Assembly (NCBI GenBank): GCA_049317705.1
Contig: JBMOHT010000049.1
Location: forward strand, 1-23,144
Direction of reading: 5' to 3'
DNA from: Bacteroidota bacterium
Lineage (GTDB): Bacteria; Bacteroidota; Ignavibacteria; UBA10030; UBA8401
DNA: 23,144 bases
Shown piece by piece: positions 10,101-18,088 of the stretch. A program made the translations under genes and the position numbers. The notes below the pieces were generated by a model, which saw nothing but the letters and a program-made list of their open reading frames with translations, was not told the DNA's origin and searched no databases. Numbering within the stretch: the stretch's first letter is position 1; each line of letters starts with the position of its first letter.

Positions 10101-12781
10101 TTCTTCCCGAGAAACTGTTCCGGAGGGATATACAGATCGGACTTATTCGTGACACGACAGTCCAAGAAAATACCCGATCGGGTTATACGGAACATCAGAT
10201 CGGGCACGGCATCCACAATAGCCTTATTCTCCTCTTCACTCCGGCGCAGATCCTCTTCGCTACGAAGCCGCTCAGTGATGTCGCGGATCGTCACGATGAT
10301 ACCCTCGGGACCGTGATTGGTGTCGAACAGTGCCGAACAACGGATCTCGGACTGGAACGACTTTCCGTCTTTTTTCAACAATGCCGCTGATACATCGGTC
10401 AATGTCTTTTTTTCAAAGATATGATCGAACACCGCTTTCCCCGTCAACCGGTCATCCTCCGTGAACAGGTCCAGAGCACTCAATCCGAGCATCTCATCAT
10501 TGGAACCGTAACCGAACAGCTTCATACACTCGAAATTCACCAACGCGAGAGAGCCGGCTTTATCGAAGAATGCAATGGCATCCGGAGAGGATTCGATCAA
10601 CGCTCTGTTGCGTTCCTCGATCTGATGGAGGAGCTGTTCGGTCTTTTTTCGTTCCGTAATGTCGCGGGTAACGCCGATAATAACACTCTTATTATTCCAT
10701 GTTCCCAATGCGATACTGGTTTCCACATCGATGCGGTGACCGGATTTGGATATCAATGGGACGGGGCAATACTTCGTTTGTCCCGCGATCATCTCCCCCA
10801 CGATCCTCAATGCTTCCTCCCTCCGTTCGGGAACATGCAACTCGATAACATTCATCGTCCGGAGTTCTTCGATGGAAAATCCCAGCCGTTCCAGCACCAC
10901 TTTGTTCACCTCGAGAATCGTACCTTTTTCGTCCAGCACGAACATAAAATCGTTGATCGAATTGAACAACGCATTGACATTCCTCTGATTCTGGCGAAGG
11001 GATTCTTCGATGCGTTGAGAATAGATCGCTTTTCCGATCTCTTCCGCGATCGAATTCAGGATCCTTCGATCGTCGGGAGTGAACGGACGATACCGTTTCG
11101 TAGCGATATTGATCGAACCACCGACGGATTTGCCGACAAAGAACGGAATGATAGCGGCCGACGTGAATCCGAACTTTTTTCCTTTCGTCGTCTCGGAGTA
11201 TATCGGCTGCCCCTTGATAAGCACCGTTGTGTACGGTTCAGCGGTCAACGGAATTACTGAGACCTCCTTGATGAATTCTTCGGGAAGGTTGATGGATGTA
11301 TGAAGGACGCCGGAGTTCTTTTCGCGATCGATGAGATAGATACCTCCGCCGTCGAAACTGAACAGATTCAGTGTCAATTCAAGATAACGATGCAGCAGAT
11401 CGGCGGACGACGACGTATGTTCGAGTGTATCGTTAAGGACGGTGGCAAATTCGATCCTTTCGGAAAGAAGACGGTATTTATATTCGATCTCTTTCGGTTC
11501 TGAAATGTCCGAGCAGGAACCGATGAATCCGAAAAATTCGTTCGTCGGAGAATACTTCGGAACAGCATTGATCTGGATCCACCGATAGGAGCCGTCATAC
11601 CTCAGCAGGCGAATCTGAATGTTCATTGGTCTTCGCGCTTCAAAGCAGGAATGAAATACCTGTTCGAAATTCTCTTTGTCGCCCAATTGAATGGAACCGA
11701 ACCATCCATCCTCACATTCCTGTGCGAACGAATGTCCGGTAAAATCGAGCCAGCTCTTATTGAAGAAGTTAAATTTCTGCGACTGATCGGTCATCCACAT
11801 CATCACCGGAACACTCTCAACCACACTATGAAAAAGGTTCTCGCTCTCCAGTAATTGTTTATCCTGTCTGAACCGTTCAATGGCATTGATGATCGAGTCA
11901 CCAAGAAGACGGAGCAGGTCCATCGTTTCGTCAATAAATGTCCGTTCTTCCTTTACAGCATCGAAACCGATAAAGCCGACAAGACGCGATGCATAGATGA
12001 GCGGAACCACTGCGAGTGATTTGATCATCTGAGGTTCGAGGATCTCCCTCTCCGCCACCGCTTCCGGCGGAAGTTCGTCGAGTGACCTCAGCGCAATATT
12101 CTCGAACCGTTTCATCTTCCCCATCCACCACGGCAAGATCTCCGCGGGAATGCCCTGCAGATTTTCGATCTGCGGATCTATGCCATGTGCACACCATTCA
12201 TGAGTATTGTCCATGACCGTATCGTTCATGCTCAGCATAAAAATATATGAACGGTCGACATGCATCAGATCACCAATTTCGGCGAGACCAGAATTGATCT
12301 GACGGTTCAGGTCCTGAGATGATACAAGGATGAAATCTTTCGAAATACGCGAGATGGTCGCATGCAGAGTTTTATGGAACGAGACCAGCTGTTTGGCTCG
12401 GGCGTCCTCCGTGATATCCAGGAAGATCACCATGATATGATTCGTATTCCTGTCGGGAATAGTACGGATCTCGAAGATGCAGGGGTGCGTATCGACGGGG
12501 ATCTCTACGATCAGTTTATCCGATGAATCCTTTCTGTCTGTATTGACGATCAGATCTTTGATCTTTGAAGCAAGTGTAGCGGGGAAGATCTTATCCAGCG
12601 GGAGCCCGATGAGTTGTTGAAGTTGTGACTGAACGGTATCATTTTTTCCTGTAAAATACGTCCTGAGATATCCTTGAACGTCGAACCACGTTATGATCTC
12701 GGATATCCGTTGAAATTCTTTGAAAAAAATATATTCTACCGATGAGATAGACTTTCGTGCTTTAAAAATACTGTCCGCCAT
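7184..12781 (-). CDS. Large hybrid sensor histidine kinase: ~9 PAS, 2 GAF, HisKA, HATPase_c, C-terminal receiver
   Basis: 1865-aa ORF; H-box SIGTLASGIAHDMNNILGPIL; NLCVNARDAMP; GLFNVAAIIKAHKG; receiver ILLVDDEE / VVILDVMMPHMDG. Multiple PAS segments such as ITDQHGTIQYVNPHFSEVTGYS. Confidence 0.93.
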   Translation of the reverse strand: MADSIFKARKSISSVEYIFFKEFQRISEIITWFDVQGYLRTYFTGKNDTVQSQLQQLIGLPLDKIFPATLASKIKDLIVNTDRKDSSDKLIVEIPVDTHPCIFEIRTIPDRNTNHIMVIFLDITEDARAKQLVSFHKTLHATISRISKDFILVSSQDLNRQINSGLAEIGDLMHVDRSYIFMLSMNDTVMDNTHEWCAHGIDPQIENLQGIPAEILPWWMGKMKRFENIALRSLDELPPEAVAEREILEPQMIKSLAVVPLIYASRLVGFIGFDAVKEERTFIDETMDLLRLLGDSIINAIERFRQDKQLLESENLFHSVVESVPVMMWMTDQSQKFNFFNKSWLDFTGHSFAQECEDGWFGSIQLGDKENFEQVFHSCFEARRPMNIQIRLLRYDGSYRWIQINAVPKYSPTNEFFGFIGSCSDISEPKEIEYKYRLLSERIEFATVLNDTLEHTSSSADLLHRYLELTLNLFSFDGGGIYLIDREKNSGVLHTSINLPEEFIKEVSVIPLTAEPYTTVLIKGQPIYSETTKGKKFGFTSAAIIPFFVGKSVGGSINIATKRYRPFTPDDRRILNSIAEEIGKAIYSQRIEESLRQNQRNVNALFNSINDFMFVLDEKGTILEVNKVVLERLGFSIEELRTMNVIELHVPERREEALRIVGEMIAGQTKYCPVPLISKSGHRIDVETSIALGTWNNKSVIIGVTRDITERKKTEQLLHQIEERNRALIESSPDAIAFFDKAGSLALVNFECMKLFGYGSNDEMLGLSALDLFTEDDRLTGKAVFDHIFEKKTLTDVSAALLKKDGKSFQSEIRCSALFDTNHGPEGIIVTIRDITERLRSEEDLRRSEEENKAIVDAVPDLMFRITRSGIFLDCRVTNKSDLYIPPEQFLGKNIKDILPPHISDQAIASMERSFISKSMELFEYSLPMADGLRYFEDRLIALSNNEALSIIRDITDRKRAELALHENEQRLKFAFEASNDGMYDWNIEESTLFLSQRWKEMIGIENDEVSDNLSEWKDRVHPLDVDETLKKVERHINGETESYASEHRMIRKDSSIIWTLDRGKIVERNAKGMPLRMIGTLSDITQRVESEQQIKKMSVAIEQSFAMIVITDQHGTIQYVNPHFSEVTGYSQGELLGKNMRVMKSGQTSPELYSDMWKTITEGIVWQGEVINRKKNGEIYIEYDIISPIKNSLGFIENFIAIKQDITERRKNEAALEWNASLLQMMATSSPLGFLVVDNRDDRILYFNRRFCELWGITHLEEKMRTGAMKNNDIIPYCIPILEDPAAFAETCVPLQDPSNTAVLEDEIQFKSNSTIRRFSTQIVGEHGQYFGRFYIFEDITTQKQAEQLLKEREQLTTQRLTLAEGRIKDMSFYLDQASDAIVVTDLDESIVYTNDSVEQLYGYSKDELNSKALSGFFFNVSSGQNESFEMIKSGMNWEQDQEHKTKSKGNIWVHIRATIITDDSTGTRSVLYVISDITKSRQMQDQASHSQRLESIGTLASGIAHDMNNILGPILISLSYFDRVLMDDKSREINKMLKSNILRGSDLIKQILGFSRVNQQDTMVVQMKHIIRELERLINETFPKMIRAEFFPSRELFPILANPTQMHQVLLNLCVNARDAMPAGGRLEIRADNVILDEMSTHINIDAKVGPYCRITVADSGIGIPSAIIKKIYDPFFTTKEVGKGTGLGLFNVAAIIKAHKGFIVLESEVGMGTTFQIFLPATTSANINSIIEKSGDFPSGNGETILLVDDEEVIRNISKATLEDYHYKVITASNGAEALGIYASNKSEIKVVILDVMMPHMDGPSTVRAIRTMNENPHIIMMSGIHANVKVMDELGLPRENFITKPFMIDTLLKLMHQLLQP

Positions 12782-12867
12782 ACCGTCCTTAAAGTAATCA
12801 ATGATCTATTCGATCATAACTACCTCAATTTTTGAGCCACAATTATTACGGTGGAAATTGTGAAAAA

Positions 12868-12975
12868 ACGGTGTCACCGTGTCGCCAAACATTGTCATTT
12901 GTCCACACATGTTTACATAATGACAATTGGTGTATAGTGTTCATTCGGGATATGATTGTCCGTTTACAAGACAAT
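12868..12975. promoter_or_regulatory. Candidate regulatory region with repeated ATTGTC/GACAAT half-sites upstream of the large hybrid kinase
   Basis: ACGGTG-T-CACCGT at 12868..12880; ATTGTC 12891..12896, GACAAT 12922..12927, ATTGTC 12955..12960, GACAAT 12970..12975; both pairs enclose GTTTACA. Confidence 0.4.
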
Positions 12976-13037
12976 ACATCGGAGGAAGGGAGAGCAAATA
13001 CGAAGAGAGTGACTGACCAGTTCCGTTGACGACCGAT

Positions 13038-13439
13038 TCAGTGAACCGATATTCCTTCCGGCAGCAGAAGCAGTTCGTGTCGCAAAAAATCCATCAGCAT
13101 TGATTTATCGAAGTAGGTATCCGCACCGGCCTCAAGAGCGAAATCCGCATAAAGTGCTCCCTCATAGAATGACGAAACGGCGATCCTGCCGGTGTAGGAC
13201 TGTTGACGGAGCAGTTTCACTACATCGACCAGATGCATCCCCTCGATGGAGAAGTCGATGATCAGAAGTTCGGGTGAATGTTCGGTGCAATACTGCAGCA
13301 GTTTGTCCGCGCAATGCATCGGGATCCACAGTATGTCCGAATAGAGATCATTCAGGATAGGATCGATCCGTTCGAGGAACCATGAGTTTCCGTCCGCGAT
13401 CACGACTGAATGCCGGTGTGTGTTTTGTTGTGCGTACAT
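13038..13439 (-). CDS. Single-domain receiver protein
   Basis: VVIADGNS, LLIIDFSIEG, IAVSSF, TYFDKS line up with receiver-domain beta strands; no DNA-binding domain. Confidence 0.7.
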   Translation of the reverse strand: MYAQQNTHRHSVVIADGNSWFLERIDPILNDLYSDILWIPMHCADKLLQYCTEHSPELLIIDFSIEGMHLVDVVKLLRQQSYTGRIAVSSFYEGALYADFALEAGADTYFDKSMLMDFLRHELLLLPEGISVH

Positions 13440-13442
13440 TTG

Positions 13443-14657
13443 TCACTCCATACGGTTATGTTTAACGGACCGAAGTTCTTCCGGTCTATCCTTTGAAAGA
13501 AGCGGAATGAGGATGGAGACTGTGGTTCCATTGTTCACACTTGAATCGAACGTAATGATCCCAGCGTGGACATCTACGATCAGTTTGATGAGAGATAATC
13601 CGAGCCCCATACCGTGCTGCTGCATCGATTTCTTGTTGAACTGCATAAACTGTCCGATCTCTTCCAACTGCGGCTGCGACATACCGCAACCGTTATCCTT
13701 CACCGTGATGCGCACGACCGGACCCTCGCATTTTACCTGAAGTGAGATGAGACTGTCTTCCGGAGAGAATTTCAGTGCATTGTCCACGACCTCACTGATA
13801 ACCTTCTCCAGGTATTCCGCGGAGATGCAGATATTGGAGTCAAGATCGATCGTGGTGGTAAGACAATGTTCCCGAACATATTTTCGTGCGGTATTCCGTG
13901 CGACACTCTCGATGAGCAAACCCGCATCGTACTGGAGTTTTTCCTTTGAGAATTTCGCAATGACATTCTGATGCGTGAGAAGATAAGTATAGATTGAGAT
14001 TTTTTCGAAGATGGCTTGAAGCTGGCTTGCCCCTTTCGAAATGGAAGAACCGATACGTTTCAGTTTATGCTGGTCGATATCCTTCGTCAGTTCCGTGAGA
14101 ATGAATGAGTTTCCCGAAATAATATGGAGCGGATTGTATAGTTCGGACGGGAACACCTTCTGGATACTCTCCCGGAGTGTATCCAGGCGCTCCTCGGCAT
14201 ATTTTTTGATACGCATCAGGCGCTCTTCCTGGGCATAGAACACATTAATGAGATCCTCCACGGCAAACGGCTTCTCAAGAATATCCTCCGCACCGAGCCA
14301 CATAGCCCTCCGCACAACGAACGTATCAACTAATCCGGACATGAGAATGAACGGCACCATGGAATATCTTTCGTTGACATGGATCTCCTGAAGCAGATCA
14401 AAACCGCTTTTTCCATCCATGTGGATATCGCAGAGGATCAGGTCGATCTTCTTGTCGTGATACTCATCGAGGGAATTCTTGCCGTTGCTCAGAAAGACGA
14501 CATATTTACGCTCGATGAGTTCCAACTCCAGCGACTTCAGCCAAAATTCGTCATCATCGATAATCAAAATATTATTGATCAATCTTGTCTCCGTAGAGAA
14601 TCGATGCTCCATCTGGACAGATGGTTCGTGCTTCAAGGGAAGAAATTGAGAGATCAT
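13443..14657 (-). CDS. Receiver plus HATPase_c kinase-like protein with non-canonical H-box
   Basis: ILIIDDDEF, LILCDIHMDG, ILEKPF; VFPSELYNPLHIISG; EVVDNALKFS, KDNGCGM, GMGLGLSLIKLIVDVHAG. Confidence 0.85.
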   Translation of the reverse strand: MISQFLPLKHEPSVQMEHRFSTETRLINNILIIDDDEFWLKSLELELIERKYVVFLSNGKNSLDEYHDKKIDLILCDIHMDGKSGFDLLQEIHVNERYSMVPFILMSGLVDTFVVRRAMWLGAEDILEKPFAVEDLINVFYAQEERLMRIKKYAEERLDTLRESIQKVFPSELYNPLHIISGNSFILTELTKDIDQHKLKRIGSSISKGASQLQAIFEKISIYTYLLTHQNVIAKFSKEKLQYDAGLLIESVARNTARKYVREHCLTTTIDLDSNICISAEYLEKVISEVVDNALKFSPEDSLISLQVKCEGPVVRITVKDNGCGMSQPQLEEIGQFMQFNKKSMQQHGMGLGLSLIKLIVDVHAGIITFDSSVNNGTTVSILIPLLSKDRPEELRSVKHNRME

Positions 14658-15127
14658 ATATACCTATCGATTGAATGGTGTTCCGGAGTGGTTGCATGAT
14701 ACATATTTACGTGATGCGTTTGCTCCGGGACAGTCTGTGTGCGTATGTATTCCATGAGTAGTTGAATCCGTTCGATCACATCGCTTTTGCGGAGGAACCG
14801 AACGTATGAAAAATGTTCCTGTGAATTGAGTGCCTCGTTGGGTTCATCGAGTAAAAGAATGAACTGCAGATCGGGATGGTATCTCCTCAATTCATAAGAC
14901 TTATTGAGGATCCTTTTGATGTTTTCCGAACCTTCCAGCATGATCATGGAGACTTTCTTCTGCTGGAGCCGGGGCATAGCCGCGATGAGCATATCCGCTG
15001 TCATCTCTTCCGCCGTCATGTTCACAAATTTAAAGAACCGTTCGAGCGGATAGTTCAGGTCGTTATCACTGCAGACAACAATTACATTATCCGTGAACTC
15101 ATTTTCTCTTAATATTTGATTTTTCAT
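14654..15127 (-). CDS. Small receiver-fold-like protein without a canonical phosphoacceptor Asp
   Basis: 157-aa ORF overlapping the next gene by 4 bp; VIVVCSDNDL / SMIMLEGSEN / FILLLDEPNE / VRFLRKSDVIERI resemble receiver beta strands. Confidence 0.55.
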   Translation of the reverse strand: MKNQILRENEFTDNVIVVCSDNDLNYPLERFFKFVNMTAEEMTADMLIAAMPRLQQKKVSMIMLEGSENIKRILNKSYELRRYHPDLQFILLLDEPNEALNSQEHFSYVRFLRKSDVIERIQLLMEYIRTQTVPEQTHHVNMYHATTPEHHSIDRYI

Positions 15128-15326
15128 TTTATGTTCCCCATGCGAACATGAAGTTCAACACCTATCTCTGACCACACCATATCCAAACAATATGCCAATC
15201 GATAATCACGATTTTGCCTTGGTTTTTGGTACTTTTATATCCTGGTCCGATAATTCGGGAAACGTTCGTTTCGTTCGGTGAACTTTCATTTCCCTGTATT
15301 GCCGGTGTTCGAACACGCACACAAGA

Positions 15327-16187
15327 TCATTCCAATACGGCAGGTTCCATCTGCCGGCAGGTGATCCGTACATTCTCAAGGTCAATGTCCTGTTCCGCGA
15401 ATGATTCCAACGTTCCGCACAGAAACAGCATATCGCGGTCCTCTGCGATCCGTTCCAGCGCGTTGATATCACTCCGCATTGTTCCACTATTCAGTGAATG
15501 TTTCATGATGCAGAGCATCATATTCGAACTGCTTCTGGCGATCCATTGTTCAACTGCGGGCCACGAAGGCACCAGTCCGAGATTCACCACCAGATACCCG
15601 GAGGTATCGAACTTCGATTCAAGAATTCTGAGCTGATGTTCAAGGGTTTGTTCGAACGTGAAGATAACGACAACGGAATTCTTCGAACTTTGCCGGTCCA
15701 TACGGTCACAAAAAGAAGTGAACGCGTTGCTGATGGAATTCTTTGCAATTCTTCCTTGCGATGTGTCGATCGTGCCGAATCCCTCCATCCGATCCAATTT
15801 CTTCAGTACAGGTACGACTACTTCCATAAGGATATCCTTTTGAAGCAGATCCCCGTTGTAGAGAAGGATAAGGAGGTCCAAGATCTCCGGCTTGTTGCCG
15901 CGCAGCGCCGAAGCGAACAAGACCGAGCGGAATGTATTGAGTTCATTCCTTCGTACCATGTCCCGGATGACCGCAGAATCGCCGTTTGATATATGTTCAT
16001 TTCCCTTCGGTCCTGAACGGTGGCTCTGCTTCGCAGCAAATTCCACTATGTGGGAGTAGGAAAATTTGCGGTGATGCCCGACCGTGCAGATACAACTGAT
16101 CTTTCCGCTGTCGGACCAGCGTTTGACGGTGGACTTGCTCACATTCAGCATCTTTGCGACCTCTTCGGTCGTCATATTCTTCTGCAT
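15327..16187 (-). CDS. Excisionase/MerR-type HTH regulator with a CarH-like but degenerate B12-binding C-terminal region
   Basis: MTTEEVAKMLNVSKSTVKRWSDSGKI...VGHHRKFSYSHI HTH; helical cap-like stretch ALRGNKPEILDLLILLYNGDLLQKDILMEVVVPVLKKLDRM; Rossmann-like VVIFTFEQTLEHQLRILESKFDTSGYLVVNLGLVPSW. Confidence 0.65.
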   Translation of the reverse strand: MQKNMTTEEVAKMLNVSKSTVKRWSDSGKISCICTVGHHRKFSYSHIVEFAAKQSHRSGPKGNEHISNGDSAVIRDMVRRNELNTFRSVLFASALRGNKPEILDLLILLYNGDLLQKDILMEVVVPVLKKLDRMEGFGTIDTSQGRIAKNSISNAFTSFCDRMDRQSSKNSVVVIFTFEQTLEHQLRILESKFDTSGYLVVNLGLVPSWPAVEQWIARSSSNMMLCIMKHSLNSGTMRSDINALERIAEDRDMLFLCGTLESFAEQDIDLENVRITCRQMEPAVLE

Positions 16188-16234
16188 AATTATTTCATTC
16201 TTTCGTGGCCGAGTGAGGCGATCAGTTTCTGTGA

Positions 16235-18022
16235 TTAGTCATTCAGTTCCGACACTGCTGCCGATCTTCCTGCCGGGTCAGCGGCTCCCCCCTCAAGAAC
16301 TGCACGACCGCCATTCCGAAGATCCTCGCGGATATGACGAGTAAACTTGCGGCGGACCGATTGTTCTTCCGTTGCAGATACCTGGGGAAGTGAGTTGATG
16401 GTATCCTGAAGGAGGCTTCGTGATCGTGTCGGCACAGCATCAAGGAATTTCATGCGGATATTCTCCGGAGCATTCTTGAGTGCAACGGCAACCTCTTCGG
16501 CCGAATGCACACGAATGATCTTACGGATGATACTGTCATCAACAGTGCCAAGATCTTCAAAAGAGACACGATGGGAGGAAAGATGACGGTATAGATCCAG
16601 ATCAAGGGTCTTGATTGTATTGCTGATGGCTGCCTCTGCATCCTCATCGATATTATCGAGGATGTCCATCAGAAGGTCTGTTCCCTGCACCTGAACATTT
16701 TGAATGGTGGGGATATTCGACGCTTTTTCCGCAAGGGTCCGGGCAACAGCAACGAACGTATCGATCGACAGCCGGTGAAGCGCGGACAATTGCATTGCGA
16801 CGTCTGCACGGGACCTCTCCGGAAGGCTCCGCAGGATCTCTGCTGAAAGGGCCGGGTCCAACTGCGAAAGCACCATAGCGGTGATCCCGGGTGATTCATC
16901 CTTTACCAACAGAAAGAGCTGCTGCTTCGACAATTTTTTCAGATACGCAAACGGGGATTGTTCCTCTTCCGCCGTAATGGCATACTGTCTGATCTGTATC
17001 TGGTTACTGAAATATGTGAATGCTTCGTCAATCACATCCTGTGAACTGAGCGAATGATCGCTGCTCATCTTTGACAGCTGAGAGTATTCGTTCTTCGAGA
17101 CATGCTCCCGTATCACCGAGAGAAGACCGAGTCCTAATTGCGAAAGGACCGGCTGCAGTCTCTGTCGATCTTCAGGGACCGCAAGCATCTGTCTGACTGC
17201 CCCGGCGGCCGCTTCCGGCCTTCCGACCGCTGCTGAGATGATGGAATGTTTGAGACGTTCATCATCCTTAACGGAACTGACCGGACGCACAGATTCAGGA
17301 AGGATATTCACAACTTTATTCTCCAGTTCTTTCACCGATGTTCTGGACCGTTCATCGGACTGCAACTGAACACGTTCGATCTCCTGCCGGAACATCTGGA
17401 GGTTCGATTTATTCTTCCTCATCAGCACAACGGCAGCGATCACAAGCATCATTACAATTGCGGAGAGGATCCCTTCGAACGGCGTCATTGCGCCGGTGAC
17501 TGCAGTCTGAACGACCGGTCTTATGACCGGCAGAGCAGTGTCCACTAACGGTTTTGCAATGACAACCGGAATCCCTTCTATTTCCGGGAACGCCATTTCG
17601 GTGATCCTCACTCTGTCGCCCCGGGAAGGATTGAGTTTACCGCTGACGATGGCAATATTGTCCAGTAATTGAATGAGTTCCCTTTTTTGCAAGGTCATTC
17701 TCTTGTCCACCAACAGTGCAACGGAAAGACGCTCGACCGAGATGACCTTCGATCCTGCGTTCTTTTCCGATTCGAAACCTTTCACGCCGGGAAGGGCAAA
17801 GTCCTTGGCATCCTTATAATCCACAGCGGTCTCTTCCTCGATCAGCATCGCGTCGCACGAGATGAGGAATTTCAGGTCGGGGTAATACCTTCTGATCTCA
17901 TTGCCGATCCTGCTTTCCACTTCGGACTCGATCAATTGTTTCTGTCTATTCACTTCGGCAGCACCTGCCATCAAGACGTTCAACACCAGCATCACAACAA
18001 TGATGAATTTAACAGTTCTCAT
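16235..18022 (-). CDS. Natural FliF(C-terminal, RBM3-like)-FliG fusion: TM, short periplasmic domain, TM, cytoplasmic FliG
   Basis: aa 5-20 hydrophobic; aa 24-147 VNRQKQLIESEVESRIG...VISVERLSVALLVDK...GDRVRITEMAFP (FliF RBM3/collar pattern); TM aa ~184-201; FliG N/M ~aa 280-440 (VKDESPGITAMVLSQLDPALSAEILRSLPERSRADVAMQL); FliG C aa 446-545 (LLMDILDNIDEDAEAAISNTI...SFEDLGTVDDSIIRKIIRVHSAEEVAVALKNAPENIRMKFLDAVPTRSRSLLQD). Confidence 0.85.
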   Translation of the reverse strand: MRTVKFIIVVMLVLNVLMAGAAEVNRQKQLIESEVESRIGNEIRRYYPDLKFLISCDAMLIEEETAVDYKDAKDFALPGVKGFESEKNAGSKVISVERLSVALLVDKRMTLQKRELIQLLDNIAIVSGKLNPSRGDRVRITEMAFPEIEGIPVVIAKPLVDTALPVIRPVVQTAVTGAMTPFEGILSAIVMMLVIAAVVLMRKNKSNLQMFRQEIERVQLQSDERSRTSVKELENKVVNILPESVRPVSSVKDDERLKHSIISAAVGRPEAAAGAVRQMLAVPEDRQRLQPVLSQLGLGLLSVIREHVSKNEYSQLSKMSSDHSLSSQDVIDEAFTYFSNQIQIRQYAITAEEEQSPFAYLKKLSKQQLFLLVKDESPGITAMVLSQLDPALSAEILRSLPERSRADVAMQLSALHRLSIDTFVAVARTLAEKASNIPTIQNVQVQGTDLLMDILDNIDEDAEAAISNTIKTLDLDLYRHLSSHRVSFEDLGTVDDSIIRKIIRVHSAEEVAVALKNAPENIRMKFLDAVPTRSRSLLQDTINSLPQVSATEEQSVRRKFTRHIREDLRNGGRAVLEGGAADPAGRSAAVSELND

Positions 18023-18088
18023 ATGATTGCCATTATTTTGAATGAACTCTTTTCGTTTACGTACCGTAGAAAATCGCCGCCCGGAACA

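Noticed and set aside
15206-15487. 93-aa minus-strand ORF overlapping the HTH gene's 3' end
   Set aside because: Out of frame with the well-supported 15327..16187 gene and without recognisable motifs.
16235-18022. FliF-FliG fusion as a sequencing or assembly artefact
   Set aside because: One uninterrupted 595-aa frame; TM-periplasmic-TM-cytoplasmic order is topologically sensible and a plausible linker separates TM2 from FliG. Read-level confirmation is still desirable.
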